A program made the position numbers and the translations under genes. Below the pieces are notes generated by a model. It was given only the letters and a program-made list of their open reading frames with translations. It was not told the DNA's origin and made no database searches. A DNA stretch of 61,502 bases, counting the filler, from Diploschistes diacapsis (lineage: Eukaryota): assembly GCA_023645945.1 (NCBI GenBank). It is 11 parts of 11 records of this genome, joined end to end, with 100 filler letters (N's around TTAATTAATTAA, not from the genome) between each part and the next. Parts side by side here need not be neighbours in the genome. Positions count along the whole stretch, not along the records: positions 36,823 to 40,274 come from JALAIB010001915.1; positions 40,375 to 43,825 come from JALAIB010001916.1; positions 43,926 to 47,375 come from JALAIB010001917.1; positions 47,476 to 50,923 come from JALAIB010001918.1; 7 more parts are not named here. One strand, given 5' to 3'. The first letter of the stretch is position 1; each line of letters starts with the position of its first letter. Shown one piece after another: positions 38,210 to 50,400 of the stretch.

Positions 38210-39490
38210 ATGGCGCTCAGAGACATATCGAACTTGCAAGAGGGCGGTTTAGGAATGCCTACTTCATCACGTGAGCGAACTAAGGGTCTTCTTCTTAACC
38301 CAGGATTCAGCCTCTTGAATACCAGCACAGGACGTTTTAAGCCACCAAATGAAGATCAATGCAAAAGCATTCTAGCGCTGTTCCCACATACCTCTATCTG
38401 GTGCATAGCAACTGAAAGGAATTCGTTGGTTCTTGTATGTGACGCCCTGCCGCCTCCCCCAAGACCTGTCAAAATTGCGGATGTACCAGTCTATTGGACA
38501 ACACAATACAACGACCGTGGTTTTGCCACTGACATAAGACATCGCGGCTTTGCACCGGCTGTCATGACAGATGTTATTCTACCACCATTATCTCTTCATA
38601 TCCCAAAGAGTATTCTGAATGAGTTTGCACAATATTGCGAAACAAATGGCATTCCGCTGTACAGTCTTACCAGCTCAGTCGGTGGTTGTCTCATCGGGAC
38701 CTTGCGGGAACATAGGAACGTTATGTCCTTACCTCGATCAATCGGAAACAAGGCCTTGTATTGGAAATCTAAGGGCAATATGGAGGAACTGGCACGCAGA
38801 AACCATACACCAACGCTGGAAACACCCGATCTAACTTCTTATGGAAACATTATGCGGCCAGGGGTTGCAATCGAATGCATATCTGGCAGCGATTTACTCG
38901 GTACGACACTCGGCGTGCGAGTTATGTCCCATGACGGTGACCGGAAATGTATAACCGTAGCGGCTCATGGTTGCCCGGACCTTAATGACATATATCAGCC
39001 AAGAGTATCAGGTGGTCGCAAGATTGGGACAGTTATTAAGCACCTGGGAGACACAGACATCGGCCTGATGCAACTTGAAAATCATATCGTCCACGAGAAC
39101 GAGGTCTTCGGAAACGAATACCAAGCAACGGGATTTCGTCTGCGGGAAATTACATCTCAATCCGACGAGCCGGAATTTATCGAGCTTAACAGTCCTTACG
39201 ATGGGTACATGATGGGCACTGTCGCGCGAATTGAGTACCGGAGAATCGCAGAGGAAGGATTACACGAAGAGATAGGGGAGAAATACACATGGGTCACGAT
39301 TCTCTGGTCTCCAATGCACACACCGAGTGGTGTCCTTGTATCTCCAACAAATGGCACGTGTGGAACCCCTATTACGCTCTTGGATGGAGCTGGTCTTGTG
39401 AGCTTCTTCAGGTTTCACGACTATGAGAATAAGATGAGCATTTCTATTGCTGCTTCTAACCTGAGGAGCTTTGGGTACGACCTCGCATAA
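38210..39490 (+). CDS. Intronless chymotrypsin-fold (PA clan) peptidase-like protein with a His-Asp-Cys triad
   Basis: 426-aa intact ORF. RPGV.I...GTTLGV.V, ITVAAHG (His253), DTDIGL (Asp283), NGTCGTPI (Cys384 at the GDSGGP position). Confidence 0.7.
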   Translation: MALRDISNLQEGGLGMPTSSRERTKGLLLNPGFSLLNTSTGRFKPPNEDQCKSILALFPHTSIWCIATERNSLVLVCDALPPPPRPVKIADVPVYWTTQYNDRGFATDIRHRGFAPAVMTDVILPPLSLHIPKSILNEFAQYCETNGIPLYSLTSSVGGCLIGTLREHRNVMSLPRSIGNKALYWKSKGNMEELARRNHTPTLETPDLTSYGNIMRPGVAIECISGSDLLGTTLGVRVMSHDGDRKCITVAAHGCPDLNDIYQPRVSGGRKIGTVIKHLGDTDIGLMQLENHIVHENEVFGNEYQATGFRLREITSQSDEPEFIELNSPYDGYMMGTVARIEYRRIAEEGLHEEIGEKYTWVTILWSPMHTPSGVLVSPTNGTCGTPITLLDGAGLVSFFRFHDYENKMSISIAASNLRSFGYDLA

Positions 39491-39843
39491 AGAAAGTATA
39501 TTGATCAATGTCGTGTAGATAGATCAATATTAAAACTAGACTTTCTATCAGATTACTAACCTAAATGGGTTAGTCCTACAATAATACTGCCTTATTATTA
39601 TACCTGCTATTTAGCAGCTATTTCCCTAATGATTCACTGCCTAATTAGTCACCCCACTTCCACTTTCAACATGTTATAAGCCCGGAGCGACAATTCCTAC
39701 TAGGCAACACTATTTCGAAATATCTGCTTTTGGATCATAGGACCCTGGGGGCATCTGATCCAAAATTACGCAACTATTCCTATTAGAAGAAATTTATTTC
39801 TACTAGGGCGACACTATCCCTATTAGGACGAATTTATTTCTAT

Positions 39844-40274
39844 TGTTATGATCTCTATCTCTATAAGGTAGACACGAGGTATTGATTAGGGTAGGTTTGG
39901 TCTCGTATAGAAGAGGAATATAAGTAAAAGAAGAAGAGAGAATAATTATAGGTCGTGGACTACTTTTAAAAAGAAGATTTTAATAAAAAAATAACGAATA
40001 TGTTTAGCAACGTAATGGATATATTGAAGTCTAGAGGTCTTATCCTATAAAGATATCCTACTGCGCAGACTTTTATACCCTACGGGATCCGCTAAGTCTT
40101 ATTATTAATACTACTCCCGACCGGTTTAATCAGAATTCCAGGAAATTCAGCTAAACTAAACTTTAAAGTTCAGTTGAACTGAACCCTCGATTAGAACTTA
40201 ATCGAATTTTTAATCATACCTTCTATCTATCTGCTTAATATTTCTTTATAAGCGGAATCTTTTAGTATGTATAT
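39844..40274 (-). mobile_element. LTR of the same Gypsy group, truncated by contig end, probably nested in another LTR-like repeat starting about 39672
   Basis: tgttatgatctctatctctataaggtagacacgaggtattgattagggtaggtttggtctcgtatag, near-identical to 29968 and 40959. Preceded by a 40-bp direct repeat at 39771-39843. Confidence 0.8.
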
Positions 40275-40554
40275 NNNNNNNNNNNNNNNNNNNNNNNNNN
40301 NNNNNNNNNNNNNNNNNNTTAATTAATTAANNNNNNNNNNNNNNNNNNNNNNNNNNNNNNNNNNNNNNNNNNNNTTATAATAGTTATCGTACGATCGATT
40401 TTATTAATTATTATAAAAATAATAACATCATTCCGTTCTATATATCTGTTTATTTATCGTATATCCTTCAGCCTTTTAATGTCGGATGTTTTAGATCGTT
40501 CAAGATTACGTACGGTAAGGAAATTAAGTAAATAATGCGTACGTAAATTATATA

Positions 40555-40958
40555 ACGTGTTTGACGGGGAAGTGGGCCACCCCCAGAAGTGGGCCACTTT
40601 TGCCAAGAAATATTTTAAATCTTTAATAACTCTTCGAATTTAATCGTCATTTTTGATTTTTCTCGAAATATTACTACTAGCCCAATCATCTATCATACCC
40701 GAAAAGTGCACATTGATTATGTCGGCAGTTATCCTTTTAAAGCGAATTGAAAATAACGACTCGAAAACACGTATTATGTTATCTTTCAAAGTCGGACATA
40801 ACGCAGCAAAAAATATGTTTTTTAAATATATTATTATAAGCTGATTTATGCGTAGATCTTAATAAAACTATAAAAAAACGTTTTTTCGACGCTATACAGT
40901 CGTTGTGTGGTCTTATTCTTTAAAATCAGTAGATTTAAAGAATTTTGGTTGGCGACGG
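40555..40958. mobile_element. End of a Fot1/pogo-like DNA transposon interrupted by the Gypsy insertion
   Basis: TA followed by ACGTGTTTGACGGGGAAGTGGGCCACCCCCAGAAGTGGGCCAC: ACGT start and internal 12-bp direct repeat typical of Fot1/Pot2 TIRs. Only one end is visible. Confidence 0.55.
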
Positions 40959-43825
40959 TGTTATGATCTCTATCTCTATAACGTAGACACGAGGTATTGA
41001 TCAAGGTAGGTTTGGTCTCTGGTAGAAAAGGAGTATGGAAGGAGAAGAAATAGATCGCTTATAGGTCTATACTGATTTTTAAAAAGATTACTTTTTAATA
41101 ATAAAGATAACGAATATAAATTAATCTCGAACAATCGCTAAAGATATCTATTAAAATAAACACGTAAAACACAAATAATTTTAATTAAAAATTTATATAT
41201 CGAAACCTTCGAGGAAGTATTAATATCAGCTCCCATTGTTTCTCCGGAATAAAGGAAGCGGCGACGATATCTCCTATAGAACAGAAAGAACGCTATTTAT
41301 TATTCGCTTAAAACCTATAAATCGGCGCCTTTCGCTCCAATAACTCACGTGATACACGCGTTAATGAATTCCTAAATGAATGGCTGGGACGTGATAGGTC
41401 TATTACCTGAATCGTAATATTATCTTTTTCTTTCAGCATTATCGGCCCGACAATCCGCCGAAGGATTTAATTACATAAACGAAAACCTGTCCTTATTTCA
41501 TTCTTTTATAATGCATTCCTTCACTCGTCGTTAACGTAAGGTTATATACTACAACAGAAGAAAAGAACGTTTTCGTTTTACCGACGAAATTAAATCTTTT
41601 TAATATTTCTTTAAGATAGCCTGTAATTCTTGTTTAGTTTCCGATTATCTTTACTTTATGATTCTTTTTGATGTTAACGTTGGTTCTAATAAATGTTTTA
41701 AATATATTCGTTTAAAGAGGTCTTGTTCCTTTCGCTCGTGATTTTCGTTGGACAGGATCCGAAACTAATAAGCTGTTAAGTTGTTATCTTTAGAACGGGA
41801 TCGCGATTAAAAATTTAAAGAACTTTTTAAGATATAAATAAGAATTAATAAAGAACGTAAGGTTTAGGAATTAACGTAAAAGAAAGCGATCACGAAGATT
41901 CGTTACCTTGCCTAATAACTAAAGGATGATGGCAAGAATTTATTAATAGAGGATATTCTCGTATCGGCGGATTTTTAAGCAAAATTATTCGGTCTCTGGC
42001 CTGTTATTAAAATTCCTAGAAATATAGATGTAAATTAAGACATTCTACTTAACCCGGTGGTTTTTAATATCTCTTTCGCAAGAAGGAACCGCTGTTTCCT
42101 CGAGTTAAATCAGGTATACGTAAGTGTTTTAAACTTTTTAACCCTAGTCTTAGTTGTTCTTTATGAAGGGTCCATTGACCTTATAAAACTTTATTAATTT
42201 TTTTTTGTAGTTCTTTAGGTTTTCCTTGGATTCTTATGTCATATCTAACTCTAGATATTCTTTTTACTTGATTAAGTACTTGTCGTCTTTATAATATACG
42301 ACTGCTTCGACTTCGTATTCGTTCTCGTTATTTAATTTAAAGTAGAAGATTTTCTATAAAGGTGTATCTAGGTATACTAGTTCGAGGTATCTTGAATAAA
42401 ATACTAGATATATTTTAGTATCTTTTAATAGCTTGAGTCGATAGCTGACTCGTTTAGTTTCGTCCGGTATGACGGGTTATTTATCGATAAGGAAGGGTTC
42501 GACTTTGACGTGATCTAGTTTTTTAGAGGGTCTACGTGTTTTGAGGTTATTTATGTATAAATAGATCTTATCTTCCTTCTTTAGCTGAGGATTCTTTTTT
42601 AAGATTCTAAATCTTTTAATATTATTCAGTGCCTCGTTGTTTAATAATTATATATTTTAAATCTTCTTAACTTCTTTATATCTGTTATTAAGGTAGTATT
42701 CGGCGTTCGGTAACAGTTTAATTTAATTGTTTATATTTTAATTAACGTAATATCGTAAGTATTGTTTAAAAGTTTAATTTATTCTTTCTGTTTGACCGTC
42801 TATTTATGGGTAATAAGCGTTTAAATACTTTAGCTTCGTACCGAACGCTTTTATTATGGTTTTCTAATATCTTGAGGTAAAGAGCTTATCTCTGTCGTTA
42901 ATGATTTCGTCTGGATGTTTATGAATCTTTATAATTCGATTTATTCATATATGATGTAATTATCTTACGTTGTAGTCTTTTCTGAAAGGTATGTAATGCG
43001 GTTTGTTATTAAACTTGTCTATTATGACCTAAATGTTGTTATATGAAACACCTATCATTGGATCCTTAGATATTAATAGTTTAATTATAAAGTTTATCGT
43101 GATTATCTTTTATGATTGATCTGGTTTCTTAATGGTTTATGGAATCCCGTATTGTTTATACGTAGAATGCTTGTTCTTTTAATAGCTCTCGTATTATTTA
43201 ATAAAATCCGTGATTTATTTCTTTATTCTTTCGAAATAACAGTTTCGTTGAATAATTTTAATAATATTTATAATATCTTTATATCCGTATTCCGGTGAAT
43301 TATGGTGTTATCGTATATAATTTTATATCTTTTCGGTAAGAATCTATAGCTTCCGTCGTATTATTAAATATTGTTCGTGTTAATCTTTTAAGATATTTAT
43401 AACTGTTATAAATTCTCGAAAATCTGTTATAAATGATTTATCATTATTAATCTTTAATAATTTAACCTGACGCGGTTCTTTTGTCATATAGTCTGGCCGT
43501 TTGCTCAACGCGTTAGTCCGTTCGTTTGCTTTATTTGCGATCTTTTTAATTGTAAAACGATATCGTTCGAGAATCTTTAATTAACGAAACTATTTAGGAT
43601 TAAGTTTCTTTATCGTCGTGAACTTTAATAAGTTCATATGGTTTATATAAATTTCGGTTTTCTTTGCTTCGTGAACATAGATGTATTATTCGTCTAAAAT
43701 AACGATTATGGCGAATAATTTCTAATCGCCTATGTCGTAATTAATTTTTATTAATAACATCTTTCTCGAGTAACAGGCTATCAGCCGTCACTTATTATTA
43801 TTGTTAGATTATAATAGGTATATTA
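40959..43825 (-). mobile_element. Second, divergent RIP-mutated Ty3/Gypsy chromovirus, 3' half
   Basis: Colinear with 29968-33170: RNase H (NYDIGD.KLFAII, NALSKRPDY), integrase, VKVEPFLI, chromodomain ENEYEVEAVV...YLIK(W)K.Y...MT(W)E. 3' LTR 40959-41419 with adjacent PPT. Confidence 0.92.
41511..42038 (+). pseudogene. Retrotransposon antisense ORF: Zn2Cys6-like cluster plus coiled coil (second homolog)
   Basis: 176 codons in one frame. ACNSC-x6-(C>Y)-x13-CFK(C>Y)IRLKRSC-SFRS(W)FSLDRIR...LERDRD...KIR(C)LA..L. Confidence 0.75.
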
Positions 43826-43974
43826 NNNNNNNNNNNNNNNNNNNNNNNNNNNNNNNNNNNNNNNNNNNNTTAATTAATTAANNNNNNNNNNNNNNNNNNN
43901 NNNNNNNNNNNNNNNNNNNNNNNNNGTTTAATTAAGAAACAAAGATTTAAAAATATAATCCCCATATTAAAGAA

Positions 43975-44181
43975 AGCAGATATTTAAGGATGCAACCCCC
44001 AATAATTTACTTTAAGCTTTAATCACGCAGCAAGGGTTTGAGGATACAATCCCTATAATAAAAAAAGCAAGGGTTTAAGGGTACAAACAACCCCAATTAC
44101 CTCCCTAGTTTTTTAAGCCTAGATTTTTTGCCTAGTTCTTACTGCTCTAGGAACTTGGAGGCTACTTGCCCGACATATGAT
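43975..44181. repeat. Second copy of the GC-hairpin dispersed repeat (more RIP-mutated)
   Basis: ggatgcaaccccca, three hairpin units, then tagttttttaagcctagattttt...taggaacttggaggctacttgcc. Confidence 0.75.
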
Positions 44182-45144
44182 GACTATACGTGCTTAAGGA
44201 AAATTCGAGTCGAAGACTAGATACCTACAGACCCTAGTTATTGTTTCCTTTAAGTTTTTCTACTATAGTGTTAGTAAAAGAATCCGAGGATTAAGTCTTC
44301 AGCTTTACTATTTCGACTCTTACATCTGGCCTGCTACACTTTGTACACCAGCAATCCGCCATGTTTCAATTTTCGGAGGAAACCAAGGTCCGTGAATGGT
44401 TCACATCTTTCTTGCATTATGATCGGTACGATAAAAATTTCGGCTGACATCTCCAGGAACGCATTGCGAAGGCAATAGATGTTTCGCGAATCGCAATTCA
44501 CTAGTAGGGACCTTTATCCGACCCGATAGCCTGTGCTGAACCAAAGCAGTGGTTATTTGCCGCTAATTCTCTATCTTGGTTCGTGTTTTGCGACACTTGC
44601 TATGACTTCTGTTGACTTAAAGTCAGGATATACACGCAGCCAACCAAAGCCTTCTTGGATACGGTTTGTCTATATTAGCCATCCATACCTTTCTTACGGA
44701 GCACAGGCTATTCTCTCCACTCTCTTGAAATATCTCATCGGGCAGTTGGTCAGCACAAGGGGAGGCTCGATTGCCTTCGCCTAAGAACAAGATTGGTTGA
44801 TTGAGCGCTGGGCATAAAAATGGTCTGTCACGTTAGCCTGGGACGTTCTCAGATCGTGCAGGCTCTGCTATACTTTACCATCTGTTGACTACTGCAGATG
44901 TTTAAAGAAAATGGGTCGTATACTTCTCTTATCAGGCAGGGCTACATAGCACTATGTGAATAATTCCAATAGTTATTCGATGTTCTTAACTTTAAGACGC
45001 TCGTACACAATGCATTACATAATAATTATTTGAATGATGTCAATTTTGAATATCTGCCTAAGCATCAAAGACTTCTAATCATAATCTTAGGTTTGCTACT
45101 TTCTTATGGATAGTCAATTTTTAACTCTTCTTTGATTAGGTTCT

Positions 45145-46180
45145 ATGAGTGCTCCCCAAATCAATCAGCAGCCGCTTGTAGAAGCTTATGCGGGACTTGC
45201 AGCAGGTATTGCGGCAACGCTTGTGGCTCATCCGCTTGATCTTGTGAAAACTCGCCTTCAAGGTGATTTTAGTTTTCTGACTTGGGACACGTTACTAATG
45301 AGGTAGCGTTAAGTCAATCGAGAGGCACGTGTCGCAAGATTTGGAGGTGCTTTTCACGTTCTACAAAGTATAGTGGCGAGTGAAGGAGGATATCAAGCCG
45401 TCTACCGCGGCCTGACCCCAAATCTTGTCGGGAATTCTGCAAGCTGGGCCCTGTATTTCCTCTGCTACGACCAAACAAAGGCCTTTGTTTCTATTCTTCG
45501 GAACGGTGCTGAGCTTTCGTATTCTGATTTCTTCTTAGCATCCGGAACTGCTGGTATGCTTTCTCGTTTGAATTTGAAGCGTAATGAATAACTCTTTGTC
45601 AGGTGCTCTTACCGCAGCATGTACGAATCCAATATGGGTAATCAAGACCCGAATGCTTTCAACGTCAGCCAATTTTAGGGGCGCCTATCGCTCTGTACAA
45701 GATGGTGCTCGCCAGATTTATCGGTTTGAGGGCCTACGCGGTTTTTACAGGGGCCTTGTGCCTTCTTTATTTGGTGTCTGCCACGGTGCACTACAGTTCA
45801 TGGTCTACGAGAAGATGAAACTTCTGCGAAGAAATCAGAAAGATCCAGAAAGACGTAGACTGACAAATTCAGACTATGTTGCCCTGAGCGGACTGAGTAA
45901 GTTGGTGGCCGGTACTGCAACCTACCCGTATCAGGTTGTTAGATCCAGACTACAAATATACGACGCCGAACGAACCTATCGTGGGCTACTTGACGTAATT
46001 ACTCAAATCTCAGGGGAGGAAGGCGTAAGAGGCTTCTACAAAGGTCTTGTCCCCAATATGCTTCGCGTCTTGCCGAGCACCTGCGTCACGTTTCTAGTTT
46101 ACGAGAACATGAGGGCAATGTTTATTCGCAAAGGCTTAGGTCGCTGCACGCAACGGAACCCACCACGCGAGGCAAGGTAA
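45145..46180 (+). CDS. FLX1: Mitochondrial carrier, FAD/folate carrier (Flx1-like), 3 exons
   Basis: Three carrier signatures HPLDLVKTRLQ, NPIWVIKTRM and YPYQVVRSRLQ; YRGLTPNLVGNSASWALYF. Introns 45263-45313 and 45554-45602. Confidence 0.88.
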
Positions 46181-46746
46181 TCTAGAACACCTCTCAGCGT
46201 TTTTAAGGAGAATAATCAACCGTCCACCCGAGAACCCGAATAAGCTTGAGTGATTAACGTCAAGCGATGCTGGGATTCTCTATGTAGTCAATGCTTGGGC
46301 TTGTGTTATTCTGCCTTGTGGAGCCGCTAGTAAACAATCTTAGTAATAATCTGGCTTGACCGCCGCGAATTGCCGAGATATATAGATTTATCAGTAATTT
46401 ATATAGAAATTTAAGTCACTGTATAATTTATAAAGTTTTAAATAGAAATACAGTGAATTTAAAGCTCTATATACGCCTATATATAAAAAACATGGTATTA
46501 AAATTAAGTAAATATTTCTTTTTTTTAAATTTATTCTGACGGAGTTAAGAACGTTTTTTATTTTTGTCTCCTGTTATTTTTTTTAATTGGTTTATTATCC
46601 GCGCGCCGTCGTGTCTCGCCAGCAAGGCCGTTTATGACGTTTAAAAAGGCGCGTATAAAATCGTCGCGGGTTTCGGGCGGTTTCCGCTTCGCCGTAATTT
46701 TTTAATCGTAAAAAAAGTTTATAGACCCTCTAAACTTTCTTTAAAT

Positions 46747-47106
46747 TAGGCTGGCCGTTACTGACACTGACACGGATATTAACAGTGTTAGTGTCCGTGT
46801 TTTAGATTTTCTTGCTGCGGTATCCGTGTCCGTGGATTTACGGAAATGTAATATCCGTGTTAATATCCGTGTTTTAAAATTTTTTATTACGGTGTCCGTG
46901 TCCGTGTTTTTATTATAGTATAATTTCCGTGCCAGTGTCCGTATTTTAAAGATTTTTATTACGGTGTCCGTGTCCTTGCTTTTATTATAGTATAATGTCC
47001 GTGTCAGTGTCCGTATTTTAAAATTTTTTGTTGCGGTGTCCGTGTCCGTGCTTTTACCGCAGTATAGTGTCCGTGTCAGTGTCCGTGGCACGAAACGGCC
47101 AGCGTA
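46747..47106. mobile_element. Complete non-autonomous hAT-like MITE (360 bp)
   Basis: 13-bp TIRs TAGGCTGGCCGTT / AACGGCCAGCGTA (1 mismatch). 8-bp TSD ctttaaat / cttttaat (7 of 8). Interior built from GTGTCCGTG repeats. Confidence 0.82.
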
Positions 47107-47475
47107 CTTTTAATTAGACCGAATCGACCCGAAACGCGTCTTTTATTAATTATAAACGATTATAATAACTATATTATCGTTAACATTATCCGTTTTTATA
47201 TATCTAATCGAATCAATATGATAATATTATTATTGTATAATTTCTATTTTTTTTAACTATTCGATATCGCAGTATTTTCGTCGTTAAAAAGCGCGTTGGC
47301 GTAAAAAACGGATTATATTATTCGAATAAATAGATTGCGTATGGCAAGCTCGGAATAAATCGAATTATTTTTAATNNNNNNNNNNNNNNNNNNNNNNNNN
47401 NNNNNNNNNNNNNNNNNNNTTAATTAATTAANNNNNNNNNNNNNNNNNNNNNNNNNNNNNNNNNNNNNNNNNNNN

Positions 47476-50400
47476 TAAGAACTTTATAATTATTATATTA
47501 TACGCAAGCTAGAAACCAGTTCCGGAGTTCGAAAAATTACTTACCGATTTTTTAATAGATCGTCCGTAATTACGAATATCTTCTATTAATAGTTAAAAGA
47601 TAGCAAGAATTTAATCGAAGACATTCTATCGTTAAAAAAAAGGAATTTAAAAATAACATTCAACCTAGATCAATTAAAGAAGAACGTCGATTAACGCCAT
47701 TTCCGTTAGAATAAATGACCGACAAATCTTTTGTCTAGATCGAAATTAAGATCTTTATTAAGAAGTATTTAATATAGATATCTGACCCGCTTCTTAATAA
47801 TATCCCATTAAATAGACCCGGATCCGCTCACTATTAGCGAGCTCGATTTTAACCTCCGAGCACTATCAACGAAAGATCTAGATTAAGTCTGCCGCATCTG
47901 CAACCTCGCCACATACTATTAGGTCAACCGAAAGAGCCTATGCTTATTCCGTTTCTAACGGCTTTAAGAATTATAACTATATTCGACAAATAATTATCGA
48001 GAATACCTACTATCGGAAAACAGTAGAACATAACGCCTACTTAAAGAAACGATATTATACGATCGTTAAAAGATTAAATAAAAGAAATTTTTTAAAGAGA
48101 AATAAATATTTTATTAAACAGCTACGAGCGTCGGAAAAATCGACGATCATAAAACCTATTAGAAGATCTTCTTGAAAACGATCCGCCTTCGGTTACAAGC
48201 AAGCGTCAGTTTGATGCTCGCACGATCGGATATTTCGATCTTAATTAAAATACCTTAGTTATCGAAGTTAAAGATAAGTATAACGTGTATCACGACCCTT
48301 ACGCCTTTGCCGAAAAACTTCGCGTAAAACTAATAACCGAAATTAATAAATTCTTAATATAAAATTTAAATACTTATTTGCTAAAAACCGCCAATCGATA
48401 ATATATAAAAAAAATTAATAAAATTATAAAAATCGAACTTCGCGCTAACGACGTCGAGATATGATGCGACAGTTTAATTACTCGTTTTAAATAAAGTTCG
48501 AGTAAAGCTTTATTTAATTTTAAATTTCTACGATTCGGGATTCACGACATACGTGTTAATAAAAACTTTTTAGAATTTTTATTAAACTTTAAGTATTTAA
48601 CGATATATGCCGGCATCTTTTATAACGAGAAAGCATAAACATTAGTAACCTATTAGTATTTAAATGTATAACTACGTCGGGACATCAGGTTATTAAAAGA
48701 TAATAACGTTAATTAATCTAATCTTATAGATCTAATTCGTGAAGTAAAAGACATCTAAATAAAGACTTAGAGTTTATAATCGAGATTAAATCGCGATTAA
48801 TAATAACCTCCTCGCCGCCAGTTAATGCAGCTACAAAATCTACAAAATAAACCATACCGACCGCTACAATCGTTTAATTTAGATTAATATAACAGACCGA
48901 ATCAGCGAGTTTCATACTCTTTTCAATTATTTTCTTCTTCTTTTTCTTATAATCTATATTATGACAAAAATGTTATTAGAAGCATAAAATACGGCTACCG
49001 CCCTCCGGTTCTCTTTCGTCCTTTCCCTTCTCAGTCTCATTCTTCTTACTATAACGCACCAAGTTCTAATTCTTTTCAGAGCTTTTAGAACAGAATTAAT
49101 TAGAGTTCGATGTCGCAATCATTAACTATACAGGCATCCGTAAAGACCCTGCCCGGTGGACGACAGCAGTTAAACATAACCGCCCTAAACGTCGCATAAT
49201 CTAACAATAGATACGGGAACTATAATAACTATAATAACAATAATCGGGGTACTTATATTACTAATATTAGTACTTACGGGACGAATAAAAGACCTATCCG
49301 AGCCTATAATACTAAGACAAATAAAAATAATAAACCAGGGATACCTTCGGAAGAGCAGTTAAGAAGCTACATCCAGAACAATTAAAAGAAAGCTACTTAC
49401 TATCAAAAGCTCGCCAATAAAGAAACATTAGAACAACAATCTCTCGATACTAGAAAACCCACTACGCCGCCGAAAAACAATCAAGATTTCTATAATATAA
49501 ACGTCGGCTGGTCGGATCCAAAACCGAAAACAAAAGTCATATATAAGAGTTACAACAAGGCCTGGCCATCCAAGATTAAATTACATACCCATCTTAAAGC
49601 AAACAAATGTTAAAATAAGAAAATAACATTAAAATACTTGAAATATATTAATAAGAAGAGTATCTCGCCGATTACCACAACTACGAAGGATCTTATCGTT
49701 CCTAGTTCTGCGACTTCTACGAGCTTTGACGGCGTCTCGACGGCGATTACTAACATTTCTACGAAGTCTGCCTCCACCATCATCTCGCCGACCTAGGTAG
49801 AATCATATTACCATATCGACACGATCATTAAGTCGGATGTAAAACCTAATTAGAACCCGGGCTTCGGATTTAAAGATTATAAATACGCGATCGTATCTAT
49901 AAAACTAAAAATCAACGGTAAGATATATAGCTTTTATTTAAACACCGGATATATTATAAGCTTTATAAATAGAAAGTTCCTATATAAAATAAAACCTAAA
50001 GTAAAGGTACTTACGATATCGATCCCGATAGAAATGACTAGAATAAAAAAATTAAATATTCGATTACGAACTATATCATTTTAAAATTATACTTCCTGAT
50101 TAACGACGGTAGATTAGCGCAGATCATAAGAGAATTATATATCGTCGATAACTTACGAGTAAACGTGCTTATAAGGATCGACATATTAGATTTAAAACGG
50201 TTTTTGATAAACTTTTAAAGATACATTATTATTATTGGAAGTTATACCAATTTAGAAGTTTTAATCTTAATTATAATAATAAAAAAGATTACGATTACAA
50301 TCTTCGCTGAAAATACCTCGACGATACCCCCTAAGACGGTCATATTAATGCCTATTACTGGTCTAAAGAATGTACCTTTAACACTACCATAGAATCGGAA

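Noticed and set aside
42040..42125. Hammerhead ribozyme in the retrotransposon 3' region
   Set aside because: CTGA and GAAAC occur on the minus strand, but the CUGAnGA core and stem II are not formed even allowing RIP changes.
46741..47091. 116-aa repetitive ORF (TDTDT..KIRTLTR)
   Set aside because: Translation of the MITE internal repeats.
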